Origin: a virus
Direction: 5' to 3' (one strand)
IMG/VR virus record: IMGVR_UViG_3300025127_000023
Span: 5,533 to 69,532 of that record
DNA: 64,000 nt
How positions within the stretch are numbered: the stretch's first letter is position 1; the number at the start of each line of letters is the position of its first letter. The notes beneath the pieces were generated by a model. It did no database searches. It saw nothing but the letters and a program-made list of their open reading frames with translations, and was not told the DNA's origin. Of this stretch, positions 52,201 through 59,324 are shown piece after piece. The position numbers and the translations under genes were made by a program.

Positions 52201-54188
52201 AGATTACTGAAACAGACCCCGCAACCATTACCGATAGTATAAATAGTGTCAGCACAAAACGACGCATACCTCTTGGTTATCGCGTATCAGTGCGACAACC
52301 ATACAACCGTCCGCGTTGGGCTATCAAAGGCGGTCAAGGTTTGCGCGACCCGTATGCTTCTTATCACTTCAATGTTGATGGGCCATTTGTATCACAAGAA
52401 GCGGGGACAGGTAGCACATTTACAGAAACGGGCGGTGGTGGTGGAGCATCAGCAGTTAATTCATCAGTAAATTACACCTCATCATACACAGGTATTCTTG
52501 AACGCCACACTAACGCAAGCGCGCTAATTGGTAGCGATTTGAAAGGACAGCAAGTAAAATACAGTGATGGTCGCAGAATGACAAAATCATTTGGTTGCGC
52601 AGTGCGCAACATCGTCAATCCAACAACAGCATTTAGACTATTTCATGGCGATACACCGGCAGGTCTTGAAGGCACAAATGTTGTCAATCAAAGAGTTAGC
52701 CTTGCGCTTGCTCAAGCACACTACATGGTGGATTGGTGGGGCAACACTGCCGGAGAAGAAGTGCGTCGCTTCCCTGTTCGCGGATTTGGTGTGCGCCCGT
52801 CTTGGGACCCCGAAGACTCATACAACGCAAACGACAGAACAGTGAGCGATGAACCAATGGTGGCGCAAAGGTCAAACACAGGCGCGGCGTTAGCCGTTGT
52901 GGACTTTTACAATCCTGCAACAGCAAAGCGTGTAGGCGACCGAGGCGATGGGCGCGGTGCAAGATGGCCTTCTGTTTTTAATGAAGATGTATTGCAATCA
53001 GTTGATACCGCGCTACAATTGTCCGGTATGGTGTTATCTCATCATACCTCCGAACCTCCATTTACAAACGGGTTTATTCGCCCGTCTAACCTTGAACTTC
53101 AATCATACGAACTACCTCGCGGAATTAGCAACAGGTTGCAAATCAACGCTGATGATGGATTACTTCAACCTGCGGCAATGGTTGGTTCTAACACTGCGGC
53201 AACAGAAAACAAGTTCTTACCGGATGGCATGTCTATTCAAGAACCAATATCGCGGACTTCACCGAAAATTGGTATTGATGCTCACACGCTCGGACAGGAA
53301 GACAAGACATACGCAATTATAGGAACAGAAGCGGTTAGTCTGCATACCGACCGCGCGGTAGGTCAACGATTTATTTTGGAAGGTGGCATTGGAACAGCGA
53401 ATAGAAACATATCCGACTACGATTTGACAGTGTTAAATCTATCAAACAACAACAAACAGGTTATGAGGTTCGGACAAACGCATGGTGTTCCTGCTCTCGG
53501 TGGTTCGTTCATCCTTGAAGTGTCATCTTACACTGCACCTATCAGCGATTTGGGTTGGGGTCGCGCTGGTGCAAGCGCGAGCAACAGAAGTAGTAATCCG
53601 TATCAAACAACCGACAACAATCCGGTTGGTGTAGGTGCTGTTAGAACAAACACAAATGACAAATCAATCAAGTTCTTGTTGCGCCCTGTTAGAGTGTTAG
53701 ACCACAAGCACATTGAGATATTCCGAACAGACAGAACTCACTTTTTGAGTGCAACAGCAGGTGGTCGTTATGGAGTATTTACCTACGATACTCCTTCCGC
53801 AAGAGCAACGGAAGGCACATCAACTTACCTGCGAAGCACTAATCCATCACAAAACAACGCGCCTTATCCTCCGGTCTATTTGTTTGATGAAGGGTCAAGC
53901 ACTGCCGCGCCTGTAAGTTTTGGTCCAAAACTACCGGGTAGTAAATCACCGTCATTTACACTTACGCTTAAACAAGCAGTGACAAGAATGATTGTAAGCA
54001 CAAACACGCTACAACATTATCGTGGCGACGCAAGCAGAAAGCAATCAGTCAGCAACAGCAATGAGTCTTTCATCCGTCATAATTTTTCAGTGCAACCAAG
54101 ATTTACACAAATGCTTTATCCGGGCGATAACCAAAACACAGCAAGCCACGCAAGCGAAAGCAATAGAGCAGACAATAATTTGGATTGA
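37215..54188 (+). CDS. Giant 5657-aa tail/adhesin protein with N-terminal LamG/concanavalin A-like domain
   Basis: FTIEAWV...YHMCGVFTGEQVKLYVNG...LYIGG LamG-like pattern; internal GTGY(A/S)VGD repeats; uninterrupted 17-kb ORF. Confidence 0.85.
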   Translation: MSMFGKTSHALYFNGVSDSVVCPQGGFTQTGHKLIDGSGNVARTSAHVVNDGDALQHAFSKNQALTSFTIEAWVSPDCGGIIATKEGSFTLRMGSVGAPAPASFEVVLDNGVSVAAHSKHNYPTNAESFIANNNGVSTAQRELYHMCGVFTGEQVKLYVNGEVMATEKLNGKYRTKINDQDLYIGGQGGEYRGYIESVHWQRGPKSTDLKPIAFMKGSSTIGLWRFEEPVEIDDNVYHIKSNALAGATTLTLDTTQVQTLYRSISGKSDTFTGTYTPESLGNYRVMNSTQNTVVDVAHSQINLLINPTGTDINTTLPNSKPPERVRLLSIQSTGTITVSSTHLDFNTTPTNGLRGILHARTAYHVGNNLAHDSTIVVIRSDLLIDSQSGKPYQMQGMGTQAIDRNGSMVVDESGNDFHGFVYSRRCSINEGGNPFTVSAANWTVDDRFQIGHNGRHRYNHTEGHSFLRMLPPTSKEVIERTIDGVADSMRATFPAAHIGIKEQLPINSRVSMSYTAFTGSIRRIKTDATTTHVVLNGMRTHALNKDGVLAIGVDDIRPFLLKGFGVDNVDDDSTTHKMHLLPEDKSRIAIMEVSGISSLPYVEIHYNAIDLTGSKMGVNKPCLLVEKTVPSANTSIDGDTVAGHIATAVGATIHSAGGIVSISKDSVGDAHTVMNPHRLIGDNTGGTEKEIEMDESRLPAVYTPTNAEDLPQSAPIAIPSSNEETSHPSVYHRLILYPNGRAQSDPPINEAPAHYQEQVQFASQQGAAFEVFDVIDNYQLNNEHHIIIQPAQKNRSMQLSRTVGASDDPNDHTFASLEFIQGQGRVNSFQVVEKKGSREVVLRARGLMADVADQSATYTGDASPDSHGVKEIMPGAPVVAITLGGAGQGAINTKPSWDPSSLSRVGWNTRRACGAIITATQNTSTGSLDWPFVKTATITVAPLNNESPNLGSWGTYCFPPVGKIYLDNGACAHYISRTGTDFTFDLEANAYALKYGREGVFLNANGTTADSFHAWKLANTIKPGTQILVDDKFDEQSICADGTTVNDRLFQSLGTISHDYQLGTQYASTRALVEIPIFPNQFFENREAGIFPGPDNSMKLHLDATMTAHTWCPSPVGRRSQNRNARDDEIFGPYYERNYNDEPIRVEVAKVYQQTVSGSIGYFARLIPTHMTRVPHSSLTASGSVRGMNGQNWLRKVYLENGEWCYYVINDASPRNDTTNSRIELLTFATHHSENFFQDIQAGSVLTIGQLPYKVFKPLASDTSQNTKTSANEYRRPYYYDRANMQTQGGNLDYGLRQYVSAIEFKAGPLSNPHLPRIETGVAQIKVLSVVAVGPPTVVEFENFKGVLPKGELPTNYFYSYINLANGDVGTIVYQSSTEETQVSIVHGGTAPVAGDIIEITGITSSTEYPQTIQDGCLNATWNYPFCPGGLRYGDTIWMNMHYTNPHAIEGLFAKSRGVLNEHDVWNGFNGGKGELATQARDSLPIENFLIGNTCIETARNFVQHVNKTIELNWTELGHSTNPPVVAYLDPYLSTEQHSRVLLYDVAHDREFIAFHDLHMQVQSSAATPIINELDVAAGFATQRKDKNPARGSPITQTINSVSYGFEVMQGHSQFIEGAYAHASWYLMDYGYQTASTGQFSKANRQTPHIVKTTSLINSKEHDRLEPSVLDNAQAQLRHAENMLHNDSAKIRANASDAYKFTSRFFDTPDGTRVIPAFLCMKGNRSSNITSINSNNESARLQNLPHWYAMDFTRRLTVDFGEVGIRDGVTDIEAAAKEIVRLINQAGAKNGKSSQRRPSDQYPGEGERFDINRRAVSASGENTFEPSDPTSAHHHADFATTGSTHDPAPFWDDSAFTSYDRGSHMGYLRAHIGRVVEDIDGNEGFSIIIHSTVPGATGRNFCVWMDNSKGQTEYKPQYLIGHGGHFRNFFCSQPEISGENMHPAPMPIDKNGKPFAPITTLRQHLPIDEAHGDAKNSQNLGSDEELNTNTAPTLNDEGGSTPNSEATTGRNSNTINMESFEDEGQKYAVREGLTRGTTASARVNFGGIVAAGIPGFCGDAGKWGFGENADAENRFRNIYGQNVPTTHNGYSVYSSYVPSNEIDGDNLGVGTDLYGLKLTDHLGKNHIIRYVYRQNDVEYTHKNTAIPPTADEEIVIHFDDRDVSQGGFTIGSRMWGYGASGTPVEELQPTSSSQKKVWRGNTFRGVYAPNSAYSVTVSPKTVLKTGSLSGTGHAFTAGTSGYAAATTYNVIMQSRIGGAAGSGGQIQVTVNGSGQVTGISALTTAGTGYAVGDVLIIDGGSRDATITVASVTASANYAHPSTLILNEAVGCGIDNTGIWHNLPNVDDVLGWLGFPDSGLIWVAIDDGNNTSATVHAGPAGLVYRYEGRTHNSKTGTHAFFGLTGPGADDLDTFFNVNTQGPLSTADAKNPVTISPFLNQTTLITDELMAAATAAAFDFEGEDGEVMYFDCSKMFTPDGRTYADWMGEKAQTAIAIKAFNPKKNILPLKDLFSIELSRDYGILSSSAETSASASGVSGAGANPHMGGLTRQEINEGVMFDAGYLPETLLNITTRYRGHNANTATPVIVDSNNNPINVNNWRKHLRGDYHTRYRGDHITPTFNNMPIKLVEASRGGIEFATSAGGGGQNWNEEEAYETHTLIGSGSGARHGLYFDWRGARLAKDFVRKGAGYETGDTYALYGYETRVGEGAITKGVFNGDGLDYVNSGGLQGGGFTITNGGTGYNQSGFYDVEAITGNGVGGKVNITVSGSNVILSIPNVHHFETGAGYAVGDTFKVLAGNLDSIITITAVSGINYNPGPLSVTGTGAADIQLQVNAFGKPIGFAGFVNAGTGYSVGDTFLITGTGATNNAVFTVTEVSGGMGTGYASSTTYNLQVGGVTKGQARLKVDSAGVIEGIEAFVQPLEYGLTYSQALDVVGSPGSGGKIQIAVPFSANFTVGVVSPIDRYEDQDYRWGADGSYLLGPVGRHRAFATNNLDPTSSPNYNPAGVQQFGREFAWTEPTKLFLTEQFSVLVYPIGDKYMFLGADTTEGIEQIWRLQLEKSYQVGLGSRVQNVEGIDGRTLRLFGQRYKDTTNRIAGIRLDGSKNGEPLTYFRGAHDSADHSIPLYFGGGFSGVTLDINDGSKTDYTEHNEHPYASGPTGSAGMQDIGEKMGAYALLDTTAMMAMFPGTPLCDQMHGSTIPPFANQDAILSTDMDAGANSHTIPNSMTYTDVKITQPAPIVLRFAHPYARYTDSNNSVAYIIFGPGQAAPKHWKGESQSMTTSVEPSGKWTVAAKHYMTQNGASNTFNLLTESGLGLPNELSNTTLNGGTDQFLPRTTAYNTRDVGAHKLFTHWETPLGSPNTNFNQASSLHSLYVSNHFGDASTLDTAATIYAHPYSHYRIQPRFVNNAYSISLASKQSVAQFHLDGGYSPGGSWFDDTIRKNPPHPITSAIIQQSQTATVNGVVITTGLNATMFRVGSQVATGYDKDVDEANPPTDTFLIDATRCQNSEELGAVIAAAINTWPGPANLKAIGGSFLPSFQDAQRQDKYGWVDCLALNAYDGTHGIITASNTLPDTLPDSGWIRVSNKVGGGTDVFYAHYSNRTSTQFILGPNYRSNQNVLEDPTKSTSSGGAQYGVVSSLTPSGHRIYVWSKTGNLRWDNGAQESLIGSRNTGATAADAPTNSAYDHFAATQVHFSGVVDAVDRTRAVGAVGWHGERYSYLNSLTVDGKIAAGLGAWLPASGFNPYGPSQTCHTINTIKHSITASVNEISNYNVVFSIDSHPATSGTHQRHYVAISYEGDLPIIAKAARNGQSTCGDMLQMKWRDTGTGTATMGGTVVAYHNERFNNDRYSAESNAGPHVEAFYDSQTRNPLDPDAAMQSGASTQATLFQMDACLFPTGDLFFNSDYNPGVKNWSEGTETEHLFDNEDAISRSKGFTDYGNHLDNIMTYGKTRYAGRNFFVEHVVWKRMSGGNITLPAPNARGLGSVPWQMHKVGGNYVKFGEKIYGNTRFSFETTNNSMFPIIQAQELAHPSLAEQFPYEIRNALAIPNEELQFEQMTVVDDTGQEHTLAGGSPLGIVVRDFSKIQDRATEGLAPALAGSGVEPNMKIQLPNHDGIPSNILVRSGYDRLQAYQHETIGDGGLQHPSQPSASVSTAFASDGKTPTTAPYWEQLGYEHIDPHPNLFPDSTNKLNDDDILKTSYEPHDRALYFHITKMGYSYTEREPLGIVNGVMTHNPLTVAEIGSNFIATNEDIESFIWQQNPTRDGRYFLSINGTIATFTGLQDASGGGGSPKRRFSGVVFAPDFTAKADDTIKPSYYIPAGTTRHFAARRLRDHAEVSGNSPDKPLTNWASVGAGVSPATVVRSANKLTPMPLPRMGHHYVTPTMATMPGHLAHPVYQTQGQKSFACSAATISSEAEEGYANVKEHRDTLVWFSGTTAPSPPSDVHGDGFTLMTETKIRFDGYGIADDSAACNAAGGHRITLEKGTNYNTSWNFPDPMEVGAYQIVIQPNLFSQQVMGNNANTVFGSTNAPVNASGVAQTTKPLLTDQLVATVVSLQWNTDRFDLILSEATMADVRGCEIYLNEIMFDIDPSSREQFTNIPMLGLQNPFGINASSSGAFTRRSLPYHPNMFRRATPARTITVPWWAVAYATPGGGYPVMSNGGWGMTEHYHPDDYYHFCRSTLGGVGCQLTMTGYPSHYLDVYTEYLVSLTPTCIIKRLDNGSNPTTRKIYVDNNALFPLVGQDYKNHKLAIEGTDGVVYNLPYQYRGYSSNPTAGSNTTVFEGVSASAYVWGKIAEGATVRLTGPSATLNAGEVYTNSEESVATRNLPQLLTGTRDTNSANPADAYLCLWHYNLGRPMTWFSDSVANRASPNDPAYNHAAHNHLPEHFETVHYHEFVYAMSDGPFKFRMRGWDGPGDGLVYDWTDSNFPHQAGTDSMTSPREYHYGAFWPGGHRFGAQMSSLTLYGTASVGWNPTIQIDNGTSGLANKGLQITETDPATITDSINSVSTKRRIPLGYRVSVRQPYNRPRWAIKGGQGLRDPYASYHFNVDGPFVSQEAGTGSTFTETGGGGGASAVNSSVNYTSSYTGILERHTNASALIGSDLKGQQVKYSDGRRMTKSFGCAVRNIVNPTTAFRLFHGDTPAGLEGTNVVNQRVSLALAQAHYMVDWWGNTAGEEVRRFPVRGFGVRPSWDPEDSYNANDRTVSDEPMVAQRSNTGAALAVVDFYNPATAKRVGDRGDGRGARWPSVFNEDVLQSVDTALQLSGMVLSHHTSEPPFTNGFIRPSNLELQSYELPRGISNRLQINADDGLLQPAAMVGSNTAATENKFLPDGMSIQEPISRTSPKIGIDAHTLGQEDKTYAIIGTEAVSLHTDRAVGQRFILEGGIGTANRNISDYDLTVLNLSNNNKQVMRFGQTHGVPALGGSFILEVSSYTAPISDLGWGRAGASASNRSSNPYQTTDNNPVGVGAVRTNTNDKSIKFLLRPVRVLDHKHIEIFRTDRTHFLSATAGGRYGVFTYDTPSARATEGTSTYLRSTNPSQNNAPYPPVYLFDEGSSTAAPVSFGPKLPGSKSPSFTLTLKQAVTRMIVSTNTLQHYRGDASRKQSVSNSNESFIRHNFSVQPRFTQMLYPGDNQNTASHASESNRADNNLD

Positions 54189-54193
54189 TTTAC

Positions 54194-55969
54194 ATGTCTT
54201 ACGCAATACCTTCACCAACAAACGCAACCTATGTTGCGCGACCTACGGGAAGAAGTGATGCTGTTCATGATGAAGTTGCAAGCAAAATACAGCAACCGAA
54301 GTTTGTTGATAATGCAGTTCACCATGTTCGCTACGAAGCGGCATCTATTGGTGATACAAACGACAGAACAACAGTGATAAAAAAGCCATTACCAAACGAT
54401 TTTGCAATGACGCATGAGCGAAGATACACTTACGCAGAAGAAGAATCAGCATTGCGTTTATCTCATGTTGATAGGAACACACAGCCGTATTACAACGGCG
54501 AGTTGATGACAACCACTTCAACACTGCCCCCACTACTTCTTGATGCAGAAGACGCAGGAAACAGATTAGCACCCGAACGAATTATTGATACAGAATATGG
54601 TTCGCGCTTGATACTCAAGAACATGAGAGGTAAAACATTGGAAGATTTCAAAATGGGACAAACAACTCACTTTCGTTTAGCGCACATGATTTCTGTTGGA
54701 TTGAGAACCACCGACCTTGTTGAGAGATTATTCACCAACTCACTACACGGATTAAACAGTGTAAGTATCGGCTTACCTATGAACGCGGCAAACAACAGTC
54801 CAAGCAGACTAAAGCACAGCAGAACATTTCTCGCAAAGGACTTCTATGACACAGCCATTCCTGCCGCAATACGCGCAGTAGCAAGACACGACCATTACTC
54901 CTTGTTCCATGACAGGTTCGGCAATTTCATCTATGCTCCAAAAATGTTCAAGGTGATTGATAGAGAAATAGGGCAGAAGCGCGGTGCAGGTTCGGTTTCA
55001 AGCGACCCAATCACAGAATCAGCAAACAGAATTATGTTGCAGGGTAAACCACAAGCACTGAATGATGAAATCTCAATCATCGTTGATGATGCAGAAGCGC
55101 AGAAAAAAGAAGGAGTAATCCGACAAATGAGAGTTCGCGATGCAACAGCAACAAATATCACAAAGGGTCGCAGAAGCGCAAATCAGTTTTTGAGGCTTAA
55201 CAGAAAAGCGCAAGGTGCAATTAAAACAGACCAACACGCGCGCTCTTGGGATTTAGAACCGGGCGAAGTTGTTGATTTCAAAGCACCATCGTCCGATGTA
55301 AACACCAAGAAAGCAATTATTGAATTAACGCACGAATCTATTGGTGAGTCAGCATTCCAACTTGCGTCTTACGAAAGTGGACTTGAAGGTGTCATCAACG
55401 CATTTGCTGATGACGCGGACGCAGATAGTGAAGACAAAGCACCGGACAGGTCAAACCAAATACAGGTCATTGAAAAAAGCGGTGTAGGTCGCGCACAATT
55501 CAAAACGATAGGTGCAGTGTCAACGCGAACAGTATCAGCCACAACTGCGAGAATCAAAACAGACGCGACTATTACTCACGCCAACCTTGCTCCGAATGTG
55601 CATTCGGGTTTTCTTATCGGGCATCGCCATGCAGATATGACAGGCGCAAGCCGTGGTGCAATTGGCAGTGGTTTCTCAAAGAGAACAAGCGGAACATTCA
55701 GCACTACAACAATTACAGTGGGGGCAAACGAAACAGACCCATTCCCAAGTGCAGGGTATCTAACATTGATTTTCATTGATGCGACACCAACTTACAGCGT
55801 CGCGACAGTCGCATACACCGGCAAAACGGCCACTACCTTTACGGGCGTTAGCATTGTAGCCCCAAGTGGCGGAACCATACCCGCGACCATTAGCGAAATT
55901 AAATTACTACGACCACGCGCGCATGAAATGAGGACTGTAAAGACATTGAAGAAAACGAGGAGATTGTAA
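54194..55969 (+). CDS. Probable baseplate hub/tail protein
   Basis: LFHDRFGNFIY and WDLEPGEVVDF segments resembling hub proteins; start may be TTG 54185. Confidence 0.6.
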   Translation: MSYAIPSPTNATYVARPTGRSDAVHDEVASKIQQPKFVDNAVHHVRYEAASIGDTNDRTTVIKKPLPNDFAMTHERRYTYAEEESALRLSHVDRNTQPYYNGELMTTTSTLPPLLLDAEDAGNRLAPERIIDTEYGSRLILKNMRGKTLEDFKMGQTTHFRLAHMISVGLRTTDLVERLFTNSLHGLNSVSIGLPMNAANNSPSRLKHSRTFLAKDFYDTAIPAAIRAVARHDHYSLFHDRFGNFIYAPKMFKVIDREIGQKRGAGSVSSDPITESANRIMLQGKPQALNDEISIIVDDAEAQKKEGVIRQMRVRDATATNITKGRRSANQFLRLNRKAQGAIKTDQHARSWDLEPGEVVDFKAPSSDVNTKKAIIELTHESIGESAFQLASYESGLEGVINAFADDADADSEDKAPDRSNQIQVIEKSGVGRAQFKTIGAVSTRTVSATTARIKTDATITHANLAPNVHSGFLIGHRHADMTGASRGAIGSGFSKRTSGTFSTTTITVGANETDPFPSAGYLTLIFIDATPTYSVATVAYTGKTATTFTGVSIVAPSGGTIPATISEIKLLRPRAHEMRTVKTLKKTRRL

Positions 55970-56316
55970 TGCCGATGCTAAATGCCGTAAAACGAAGACT
56001 TGTTGAGAACCTTGCAGGTCTTGTCAATGAGTTGCACATTGGAAGCGACGGAACAGTAGCCTCATCGGAAGACGGAGGCGCAAGAACAATGGCTCGCGTT
56101 AGCCCCACGGTAACGATTATTGACGACAGCAGTATTTTGATTGAGGGTTCATTTAACACATCGCATGTTTTTTCAACGCCTATCAAAGAAGTTTACTTGC
56201 AATACAAAGACCCTACAACGGGAGAGTTTGTGCCTGTTTACCGCGCAGATATTAACCCGCTAACCAAGAACGCACAGAACGAAGTGCGATTTTCATTCAT
56301 TATGGAGTTAGATTGA
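55969..56316 (+). CDS. Small tail/baseplate protein
   Basis: GAGGAG SD; beta-rich, IKEVYL...TKNAQNEVRFSF. Confidence 0.7.
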   Translation: MPMLNAVKRRLVENLAGLVNELHIGSDGTVASSEDGGARTMARVSPTVTIIDDSSILIEGSFNTSHVFSTPIKEVYLQYKDPTTGEFVPVYRADINPLTKNAQNEVRFSFIMELD

Positions 56317-56317
56317 G

Positions 56318-58381
56318 ATGACGAAGGACGCACTATCGGGACACACAGCCGCGCAAAATACGCTTGGCGCAGACGGATTGAGAGATGGAGATGCGATGTC
56401 ATCAGCGACATTGACGAATACGCTACAAGGCATTCATGGTAGTGGACTTCTGCGCTTGGAAGACAACGCATTCACCGCGTCAAACCGCAACAACCCTATG
56501 CTTCAACCGGGCGCAATAACAAGAGCATCAGCATTCACTTTGACAATCACAGGAGGATATGTTGTGCTTGATGGTGTGCTATACGAGTTCGCAGGTGGTC
56601 CGGGCGGTAGCGCAACAATGACATTGGGCGACGCAAATCACGGTTCGGGTGGTGTTGCTTTAGCCGCAACGGGAGAAGAAGCACTGTATGTCATTTATGT
56701 CGCGGCAAACAACGGAATATCCAATGTTCACTACGAAGGTGGGAGTCCGGTCAATGTTTCAAATGGCCTTTATCCGACCATTCCTTCTCAATATCTTACA
56801 GATTATGACACTGCAAACGCAAACACCAACATGAAAACGGTTGTGTTGGCTGTTGTTCGCGTCAAATACAAGTCATCGGGTGGAGGCTCGCATAGTGTTG
56901 ACATTCAAGAAATCAACGATAAGCGCGTATTCCTGCCTTCTTCTATTCGCTACATGCCTCCGGTATCGTCGGGTGGTTTAGCAAGCAACAGGGTAAGTGA
57001 TGGAAGCGCAGAAGGTATCAACACAATGACGCACCTCAAAGACTTGCTACACACAGCAGGAGATGCGGGCGATATAGCAGTAGGCGACAGCATTACTGCG
57101 CTATGGCCGAGCCATCCACGATACGATTTATCGGCAGACCCGCAAGTAGCCGCAACATCAAGCAACCCCGGATTCGGTCAAGGACCATCGCGAGGAAAAG
57201 ACCTTGATGGGAATTATGTCAAGAACGCATTGTATTTTGCAGGACGCAACAACGAAGGCACAGGACATTACTCGGTGCGCCTTGACGGACAAGGCGTTGA
57301 AGGGTCGCAAACAGAAATCACAGGGAGCATCACAAAAACAATCACTTCCGATGGAGATTCTTTTATCATGCTCAAAGTCGCGGCAGGTCAAGCCGTGACA
57401 CTAAACCCCGAAAGAGATGCAAGCGCGAACTACAAGTTTCCCGAAGGCCATATCATTGAAGTCTGCAACGAGGGTGTTGCGGGCAAAGGAAACATTGTGT
57501 TTGACAATCAAACATCACCTGCGGGCGTAAACGCAACATTGACTCCCGGCGACCGCGCTACTTTCGTGTATGAGGGTAGCAAGTGGATGAGTTGCAATTA
57601 TCCGATTGCGGGCGGTGGAGTGACAGATGGCGACAAAGGCGACATTACCGTGAGCAGTGGTGGCAATACTTGGACGATTGACAACGACGCAGTGACTTAC
57701 GCGAAGATACAAGATGTGTCCGCAACAAACAGATTACTCGGTCGTGATAGCGCGGGTGCAGGTGTGATTGAAGAAATCAGCCCTGCTGATGTGCGGACCA
57801 TGTTGAATGTCGCTGATGGCGCAACAGCCAATGCGGGAACAGTGACGAGCGTAACCGGCACACTACCCATCAGTTCAACGGGTGGTGCAACACCGGCAAT
57901 CAGCATCGGGGCGGCATCGGGAACTGCCGCAGGTTCAATGAGTTCCGCGCACTTCACTAAACTAAACGGAATTGCTACGGGCGCGACAGCATATACTGAC
58001 CTCAATGCGGTATCGGCAGTTGAAACCGCAGGTTCTATCACATTAGCGACTACGGCGACTTTTAGAGCATCAAGAAGCATTGTTCTGCCCGTCGCCGCCG
58101 CGACTCTTCAACTTGATAGAGGATTACACGCGGGAGTGGTTGTGATATGCCCCGGTGGTCAAGCAGTCAATCTCCCCGACCCTGCGGCGGCACAAGACGG
58201 AGATACCTATGTGGTTATCAATGTCAATGTGCCTACAACGGGAGCGATTACAATTGATAGAAGCGGCTTTGGTGGTCAAGTTTTGAACGGTGCGCCTACA
58301 AATGGTTCGCTTCCCGCGCATGAGGCTGTTACTATAATTTACACAGGCGCGGTGACAGGTTGGTATGGAATAGGATTGTGA
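56318..58381 (+). CDS. Tail fibre protein
   Basis: Gly/Ala/Thr-rich; DGDKGDITVS...WTID and KLNGIATGAT fibre motifs. Confidence 0.8.
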   Translation: MTKDALSGHTAAQNTLGADGLRDGDAMSSATLTNTLQGIHGSGLLRLEDNAFTASNRNNPMLQPGAITRASAFTLTITGGYVVLDGVLYEFAGGPGGSATMTLGDANHGSGGVALAATGEEALYVIYVAANNGISNVHYEGGSPVNVSNGLYPTIPSQYLTDYDTANANTNMKTVVLAVVRVKYKSSGGGSHSVDIQEINDKRVFLPSSIRYMPPVSSGGLASNRVSDGSAEGINTMTHLKDLLHTAGDAGDIAVGDSITALWPSHPRYDLSADPQVAATSSNPGFGQGPSRGKDLDGNYVKNALYFAGRNNEGTGHYSVRLDGQGVEGSQTEITGSITKTITSDGDSFIMLKVAAGQAVTLNPERDASANYKFPEGHIIEVCNEGVAGKGNIVFDNQTSPAGVNATLTPGDRATFVYEGSKWMSCNYPIAGGGVTDGDKGDITVSSGGNTWTIDNDAVTYAKIQDVSATNRLLGRDSAGAGVIEEISPADVRTMLNVADGATANAGTVTSVTGTLPISSTGGATPAISIGAASGTAAGSMSSAHFTKLNGIATGATAYTDLNAVSAVETAGSITLATTATFRASRSIVLPVAAATLQLDRGLHAGVVVICPGGQAVNLPDPAAAQDGDTYVVINVNVPTTGAITIDRSGFGGQVLNGAPTNGSLPAHEAVTIIYTGAVTGWYGIGL

Positions 58382-58385
58382 TACC

Positions 58386-59108
58386 ATGTGGGGAATGACA
58401 GCGATGAAGAAAGGCACTTCTATGAAAGACAAGAAGAAGCGCGCAGGTGGAGGTGCGCCACCATCAACAGGAACATACCCTTCTGTTGTAGGACCGGGTA
58501 TTGACATAGGTTGTATGTCAGTAACTTTGAATCCTGCCGGAAGTCATTTACACGCGAGCGTATTTTTGAGAGATTCCCAAGATGCGGCAGGTTTTCTTCA
58601 AATAACAAATGCCGGAGGTGTAAATCTAAACTCCCCTGCCGCACCCGAAGTTGAAATTGCTGATTACATCGCTACGGCTATTCAAGGCGAAACTCCCATC
58701 AATGGCGGTAGCGGGAGTGCTATGCAACCGGGTGTTATTCATACGCTTGGCGCACCCCATAACGGTAATGTCACGCTTGTATTTCGTATGTCCACTGATG
58801 AATCAACAGGTGCTTTTGGTAATGGTGAGTTCGTTGATGTTGCAATGGTTCACAACCCATCGGGCGTTAGCATAACGGCGATAAATGGCTCCCCTCCCGC
58901 GCAGGTCGCTTTCACTCCCGGCATTCCACCTACGGGTCAAACAATGATTGAGTTTGGCGCGTTAAGTGGTGGTGAAACAGTCATCTTGGAGTTCAAAATA
59001 ACAGGTCATGCTAAGGCAGGAAACTTCTCATCGGCTATAATATCCCCGCCGGTATCGGGTTCAACTTTGAAAGTAGGCTCTTGCTATGTTCAAATTACAT
59101 TTAATTGA
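58386..59108 (+). CDS. Beta-rich protein, possibly fibre-associated
   Basis: 240-aa Gly/Pro-rich ORF after the fibre. Confidence 0.65.
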   Translation: MWGMTAMKKGTSMKDKKKRAGGGAPPSTGTYPSVVGPGIDIGCMSVTLNPAGSHLHASVFLRDSQDAAGFLQITNAGGVNLNSPAAPEVEIADYIATAIQGETPINGGSGSAMQPGVIHTLGAPHNGNVTLVFRMSTDESTGAFGNGEFVDVAMVHNPSGVSITAINGSPPAQVAFTPGIPPTGQTMIEFGALSGGETVILEFKITGHAKAGNFSSAIISPPVSGSTLKVGSCYVQITFN

Positions 59109-59117
59109 GATGATAAC

Positions 59118-59324
59118 ATGGGTAAATTAAAAGATAGATTAAGCCAAACCTGCGTAAGTTGCAAACAAAGCGTTCTTGCGCGTCGCGTTGAGGGTCGCTA
59201 TGTTAATGAACGAGAAACGCGTCTGCTGATTTGGGAGTGTCCTCAATGTGGTCATCTGTGGCAAGACTCGCGACTCACTACACCGAAGTTCAAAAAGCAC
59301 AAAATAGGTGATATGAATGTCTAA
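59118..59324 (+). CDS. Zn-ribbon protein
   Basis: CVSC...WECPQCGHLW. Confidence 0.8.
   Translation: MGKLKDRLSQTCVSCKQSVLARRVEGRYVNERETRLLIWECPQCGHLWQDSRLTTPKFKKHKIGDMNV

Noticed and set aside
37215-59108. Diversity-generating retroelement acting on tail proteins
   Set aside because: No reverse transcriptase in the window and no template/variable repeat pair noticed by eye; a self-alignment would be needed to exclude it fully
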